Of a stretch of DNA of 64,000 bases, positions 58,914 through 64,000 are shown in pieces. This stretch comes from Chrysomallon squamiferum (taxonomy: Eukaryota; Animalia; Mollusca): NCBI GenBank assembly GCA_012295275.1, contig CM022671.1, positions 35,154,001 to 35,218,000 of the forward strand, given 5' to 3'. A model generated the notes under the pieces. That model was not told where the DNA came from. It worked only from the letters and a program-made list of their open reading frames with translations, and made no database searches. The translations under genes and the position numbers were made by a program. The first letter of the stretch is position 1; each line of letters starts with the position of its first letter.

Positions 58914-60325
58914 TGTATGTATACATACACATAGACACATACACATACACGGGCACACATATTCACACATCTTCACACACGCGCACATACACACATACAC
59001 ACACAAACACGCACTCACCATTCTCACACGTCATTAAAAGACGTCCGAAAATGTCTGTTTAAATCATTTGAATTACGTCTTCTGTCAAACTAATTTAAAC
59101 TAATAAGCGTTATTTTGTTTATTTTCCACAGAGTTAATTAAAACAAACCGCTTTTTAATTAAACATAAACGTGCAAAAATAACAATAGCAACGTCTTTCT
59201 GAAACTTACCCCCACAGATTATTTTACTCAGATCCTGGTCGTAGAGGTTGACGTAGGAGTCAGCCATGAAGACGTTGTCGCTGCTGCCTGCGAGCTGGGT
59301 GAGCGTGTATCTCTGTACCTCGGTACCGATACCGACAGCAACGACGTTGCAGCCGGCGTTCCTGGCTTGCTGCGCCTCCGAGACGGCAAGGTCAAGGTCG
59401 AGTGGCGGTCCGTCCGTAATCAGTACCAGATTGCATCCGTTGTTGCGACTGGCGTGTTGTATCTGGTTCACTCCCTCCTTTATACCTGTTGCACGTATTT
59501 AGTATGTTTTGAAAATATTAACGCAGATGTGTCGTTTTATAATGAACTAAAGATGTTGTTTTGGAACTAAAGGTGTCTGTCTGTCTGTCTGTTTGTTAGG
59601 AATAAAGTTTGAGAAGTAGCTGTCGGAACGTGGTTGAAAAGTTAATTAGTGAAAATGGGGAAAAAATCTAAAAACTGAACTACATCATAATCGTCGTCAT
59701 GATAATAACTACATGGACAAAGTCCACGACTATATTTTATCAAAAAAACAACGTAAATATAAAATAATAATAATTAATAATAAAAAAAATAGACAAACAA
59801 ATAAATTAATAATAAGTAAAATAAATAAATAATAGAAAACCAAACAAAACAACAACAAAAAAAAAAAAAACAAAAAGGAAAAAGAAATAGAAATAAAAAA
59901 AACAAAAGAAGACAAAGAAAAAGAAAAGATTCAAAAAGAAAACAAACAAATTAAAAAAAAAAACAAAAAAAAACATTATAAAATGAAACTAAATAAAAAA
60001 TTAACATCTCTATAAAGATTACTAACAAATGAGTTTGCTATTACCAGAATACTTCGAAAACTCAAAACGTCACCTCGGTTTGTAGAAGTTCCACCGCCGG
60101 GGAAGTTGAGCGCATCGATTTGTCTCACCAGCTGGTTCTTGTCTGTCGTTGGCGCTATCTGGCTGGCGATGTTGTCAGAGAACACCGTGATGCCAATGGC
60201 GACGTTGCTGACGTTGGCGTAACGTTTCACCGTCCGCTCCAAGTACCCCTTGACGATGTCCTGGTTGTTGTTACACAGACTGTCTGAACCGTCGACGACA
60301 AAAACAAAATCGTTGCAGTCTGAAA

Positions 60326-60368
<43 letters not shown>

Positions 60369-62698
60369 GTAAATAAATAAGTAAATAAATAATAAATAAA
60401 TAAATAAATAAATAAATAAGGAAATAAGAAAGTAAATAATAAATAAATAAATAAATAAATAAATAATAATAAATCAATAAATAAATAAATAGTAAATAAA
60501 TAAATAAATAATAAAAACAACAATAACAGTAATTTTTGTTTGTAATAACAGCAGCAGCAGCAACAATAATAATGATAATATCAACAAGAACAACAACAAC
60601 ACAACTATATAATAATAATAATAATAATAACAACAATAACAATAATAATAATAATAACAGTAATAGTAATAATAACAATAATAAGTAATAGAAAAACAAC
60701 AAAATCTTGAGCAACACTTATATATACGTATTATAATATACACCTACATGCACGCAACAGACACACATGAACACAGACATACAAACGTACGAGTAATTGT
60801 GTTTACTTACTTGATGAAGCAGGCAAATCGCCGAGAACTGATGCTGAAATAACAAATGAAAAACATTTTTTAATAAAAATTATACACAGATCTTCGATTT
60901 TTTTGTTTGTATATGTTTGTTTATATACTGTCTACTCGTGTATGTGAGTATTGCTTTCTGGAATCTGTTATAATAATAATAATAATAATAATAATAATGT
61001 AATGTTTATATTAAAATGAACAAACACAGACATACATTATAAATATCAGTAAAAATGTGAATCTGTACTTGTTATTAACTTCGTCTGAATGAAGATGATT
61101 TCAGCAACAGAGCTTCATTTATTTCATTGTTATTTTTTGTTGGGTTTTTTTCATATGTAAATTTCAACGATTTCTTTAGAAATTTTTAAAAGATTTTTCT
61201 AAAAACTACATTTATAATTGTGATATATATATATATATATATCGTTTTGAAAATTACGCTTAAATCAAATTAAAAAAAAAAAAAAAGTTAGCAACAAACC
61301 AAATTTAATTATTATAAAAAATTAAAAAAAAGAGAAGATTTTAAATGTTATTTTTGGCCTTGATTATAGTTATTACTGAGCACACGAGCTAAGAACCTTG
61401 AGGCCAGAAGAAGAACTAACAACATTTAAAAAAATAATAATAATAATAAAAATAATTAAATAAATGAATAAATACGAATTAATAATAAAACCTGGACAAG
61501 CGAGGATTTCCTTCCAGTTATTGGGGACGTCAATTGACCGGATGTTGCTGGACATCGTCTGGGCCATGAGGTCCACGTTCGGTTTGTAGATTGAAATCGC
61601 CCGGATGTACATGTCCATCAGCACCGCCGACAGCGCAGCATTCGTCGTCCCCTTCCTGTTGTTCACGCAGCCGTCAGACAGAGCGATGATGACGTTGCCT
61701 TCGTCCGTGTGCGTCTTGAGGACGTCGCGGGCGTGCACCAGAGCCTCGGTGATGTACGTTCCTAGGCGGGGCTGGGGAAACGCCCGTATCTCCGTGTACA
61801 ACGTCTCCAGCTCGGCCGAGGACCGACCTTTCAGAGGAAACTCCATGGTGACGCCGTTGCTGTAGATGATGACGCCGACTTTGGACAGAGGGAAGTCGCC
61901 AGTGAGAGATCGAATCTCCTGCACGACGTAGTCCAGTTCTTTCCTGTACATGTCAGCGGGGACGCTGTCGGAGCCGTCGATGAGAAAGTAGACGTTGACT
62001 GGACACCGCGTTACTGAAACATGAAACATTCACAGTAGAATCGTTGTTGTTACTACTACCACCACTGCAACAACTATCACTACCATTACTATTTCTGCTA
62101 CTACATCTATTCCACCACTACACACAATTTTTACCATTTCACACACACACGTACAAGCACACGCACAAAAATACAGACGCACACACACATGTAAACATAC
62201 AAAAATACATACATACATATAAATAAACACACACACATACACATATATACATATATACATAAATACATACGTACATACACACACACACATACAAACTCAT
62301 GCACAAACAGACAGACACACACACACACATGTAAACATACAAAAATACATACATACATACAAATACCCACACATACACATGCATACATATATACATACTT
62401 ACATACATACACACAAACACACATGCATACATTCATGCATACATACGTACATACAAACAAACAAACAAACATACATACATACAGACAAACGCACTTTACC
62501 TTTAGTTTTCGAAGGCAGTTTAATTGAACTTTGGAAGATATTGAAAGAGTAACGTCTTGGCTGGGGTGTCACCTTTGCCTTGGTTGCCATGTAATTGGCC
62601 CACCCTCTTATAGCATTTCCTTGACCAAACCACGCCTTCCCACCAAGCCCCGCCCCTAGGACGGCAATGAGAACGGAGGCTGCGAGCCACGTGGACAT
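35257..62698 (-). CDS. Secreted Pif/BMSP-like matrix protein: signal peptide, 2 VWA, ~23 EGF-like, 2 chitin-binding-type, laminin G-like (~1600 aa)
   Basis: 34 exons. Signal: 62698-62500. VWA1 (DGSDS): 62013-61492. Linker: 60843-60811. VWA2 (DGSDS): 60319-60074 + 59485-59210. EGF exons: 58799-58692, 58231-58124, 56842-56741, 56176-56079 (1 nt short), 55830-55714, 55334-55239, 54880-54764, 54356-54261, 52948-52832, 52539-52444, 51504-51295, 50421-50314, 49800-49705, seven 120-nt copies between 48886 and 42047, 40789-40655, 39744-39616. Chitin-binding type 2: 39121-38939 (CDMYVQC...CAPGTLWNQ...CD) and 37886-37722. LamG-like: 37145-37079, 36829-36517, 36222-36105, 35728-35643, 35295-35257. Confidence 0.88.
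39970..40609 (+). mobile_element. Internally deleted Tigger/pogo (Tc1-mariner superfamily) DNA transposon
   Basis: TA-CAGTGGTATCTCGATT ... AGTCAAGGTACCACTG-TA gives terminal inverted repeats with a TA target duplication. A remnant of the CENP-B/psq HTH transposase N-terminus remains (VVDLARQCERSTSTICTILKLKDSIKAVTPDKGVKII, ~40290-40400). Confidence 0.88.
41680..48760. repeat. 27-bp AT-rich minisatellite filling the introns of the EGF exon array
   Basis: Unit TTTTAAATATATAAATATCTGTTTTCA; it yields the spurious MKTDIYIFK ORFs. Confidence 0.95.
42047..48886 (-). repeat. Seven near-identical tandem 120-nt phase 1-1 EGF exons
   Basis: 48886-48767, 47531-47412, 46445-46326, 45252-45133, 44687-44568, 43576-43457, 42166-42047. 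Each encodes VTPAPCADNYCNYRGT[V/A]SGT[S/L]PNCYCNCNQGYTGPRC[E/D]T with intact AG/GT. Confidence 0.95.
49860..50290. repeat. (TACTA/TACTG)n degenerate pentanucleotide microsatellite
   Basis: Directly visible. Confidence 0.85.
52444..55830 (-). repeat. Triplicated two-exon EGF cassette (117 nt + 96 nt)
   Basis: RDCS[R/G]TPCRNGGMPTVTATGQCGCSCPVGTTGQYCE and PRCTLTC[S/T]NGNLDSTRCVCNCFNGWTG[D/E]RCT each occur three times, with conserved flanking intron sequence. Confidence 0.93.
53085..54250. repeat. (GA)n-rich compound microsatellite
   Basis: Directly visible; it yields the poly-SL/RE ORFs. Confidence 0.95.
57610..58005. repeat. 18-bp minisatellite
   Basis: Unit GTTATCGTA[A/G]TAGTAGTA, roughly 20 copies. 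Confidence 0.92.
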
Positions 62699-63259
62699 CG
62701 CTGTGAGGTAACTGTGTGAAATATAAGTCATAACGTACACTTAGTTATTTAAATTTAGTCTACGACTACTACAGTAAATAGACACGTACAGACTTCTACA
62801 ACTACCACTGCTTATACCTCTAGTACTACCACTACTGCTTCTACTACCCCTACTATTGCTACTGCTTCTACCACTACTACTACCACATCTACTACTACTA
62901 CTACCCCTACTATTGCTGCTGCTTCTACCACTACTACTACTACTTCTACTACTACTACTAACTCTACTACTAACTCTACTATTGCTACTGCTGCTACCAC
63001 TACTACTATCACTTCTACTTTACTACTACTAATATTGCTACTCTACTAATATTACTGCTTACTGCTACTACTTTTTTTTTTTTAAATATAATAAATAGAT
63101 AAATTTAAAAATTAAAGAATATAATAAAGAAATAAAGAAAGAAACAAACAAACAAAGAAAAAAGAGAGAAGAAAAACATAAGATTTCATATAACAACATT
63201 AACTAATGAGCTATTTACAATCTGTAGTCAAAACCATTTTGTTTTTTGATTACTGCTCA

Positions 63260-63430
63260 TTTTCGGGTCACGTGACACGGAAACCGCTGTGAGTAAGTTT
63301 GAGTTTACTGAGTAAACGAACTGAGAACTCTCACTAATCATCCAGCGAAAACGAAAACGCGGGCGACAACGCCAGAACAAACGCATTACCGTGTTGTGTG
63401 CATACCGGGCGTGGACACGTGACTGATACG
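63260..63430. promoter_or_regulatory. CpG-rich candidate promoter with E-boxes
   Basis: Perfect palindrome GTCACGTGAC at 63267-63276 and a second CACGTGAC at 63416-63423. Also CGGAAA, a GGGCGTGG GC-box, and plus-strand donor-like GTGAGTAAGT at 63289. Confidence 0.4.
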
Positions 63431-64000
63431 TGAAATGACTACAGCAACGACAACGTCCTGTAGAAAAATATTTGTGTCTATATGTGGATCGAATGTCGAT
63501 AGCGGCTCCTGGTTATGGAAGTTAAAAAAATTAAGGAGACTCACTGTTCAGTTTAGTTGGTCTCTAAAATTAACAGCATCTCGGATGTGTAGTTCTAGGC
63601 TCATCTGCCCACGACAGGCGTGTTTGAACCTTCAGTGTTTGTTAGAACGATTGAAATAGTTGACTGATTGTAAAGAAAAGTATTCGAATTAGAACTGAAA
63701 TTTCTGAAACATGTAAAAGATATTTTATTGCTGTTACATTATTTTATTTTATTCTATTTTTTTTTTTTTTTTTTTTTTTTGAACGGGGATTGACCAGAAC
63801 TCAAAACCTTCGTATTAATAATAATTTATTATTACGTAATCAGATAGAGAGTGAGAAAGAAAGAGAGAAATATAAATATATAGATAGTTAGGGAGATAGA
63901 TTTCAGACAGAAAAGTAGATAGATAGACAGATAGATAGATAAATAGGTAGGTAGGTAGGTAAGGTAGGTAGGTAGACTACAACAGGCTCACATATTTATA

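Overview
This is AT-rich, microsatellite-laden animal genomic DNA, most likely a mollusc (inferred from the Pif/BMSP-type gene). I assembled four spliced genes by hand from GT-AG junctions: NLE1 (minus, 13 coding exons, 485 aa), RPL23A (minus, 5 exons, 163 aa, 5' TOP tract), a Rab34/Rab36-family GTPase (plus, 8 exons, 263 aa, head-to-head with RPL23A), and a ~1600 aa secreted VWA-VWA-(EGF)x~23-chitin-binding-LamG protein (minus, 34 exons). The last gene is expanding by tandem exon duplication inside a 27-bp minisatellite. An intronless multi-pass membrane protein gene with a 1-nt frameshift is nested antisense in NLE1 intron 8, and a deleted Tigger/pogo element sits in an intron of the Pif-like gene. 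The most interesting signal is a ~400-nt structured, GC-richer island in the last NLE1 intron, sense to NLE1. In the expected order it shows a telomere-template motif (ACCUAACC), a telomerase-like pseudoknot and a CR4/5-like three-way junction with a P6.1-like AGAG-UUAU-CUCU hairpin, but no H/ACA tail. It is a candidate intron-hosted telomerase RNA with an unusual 3' end. All RNA folds were done by eye and are unverified.
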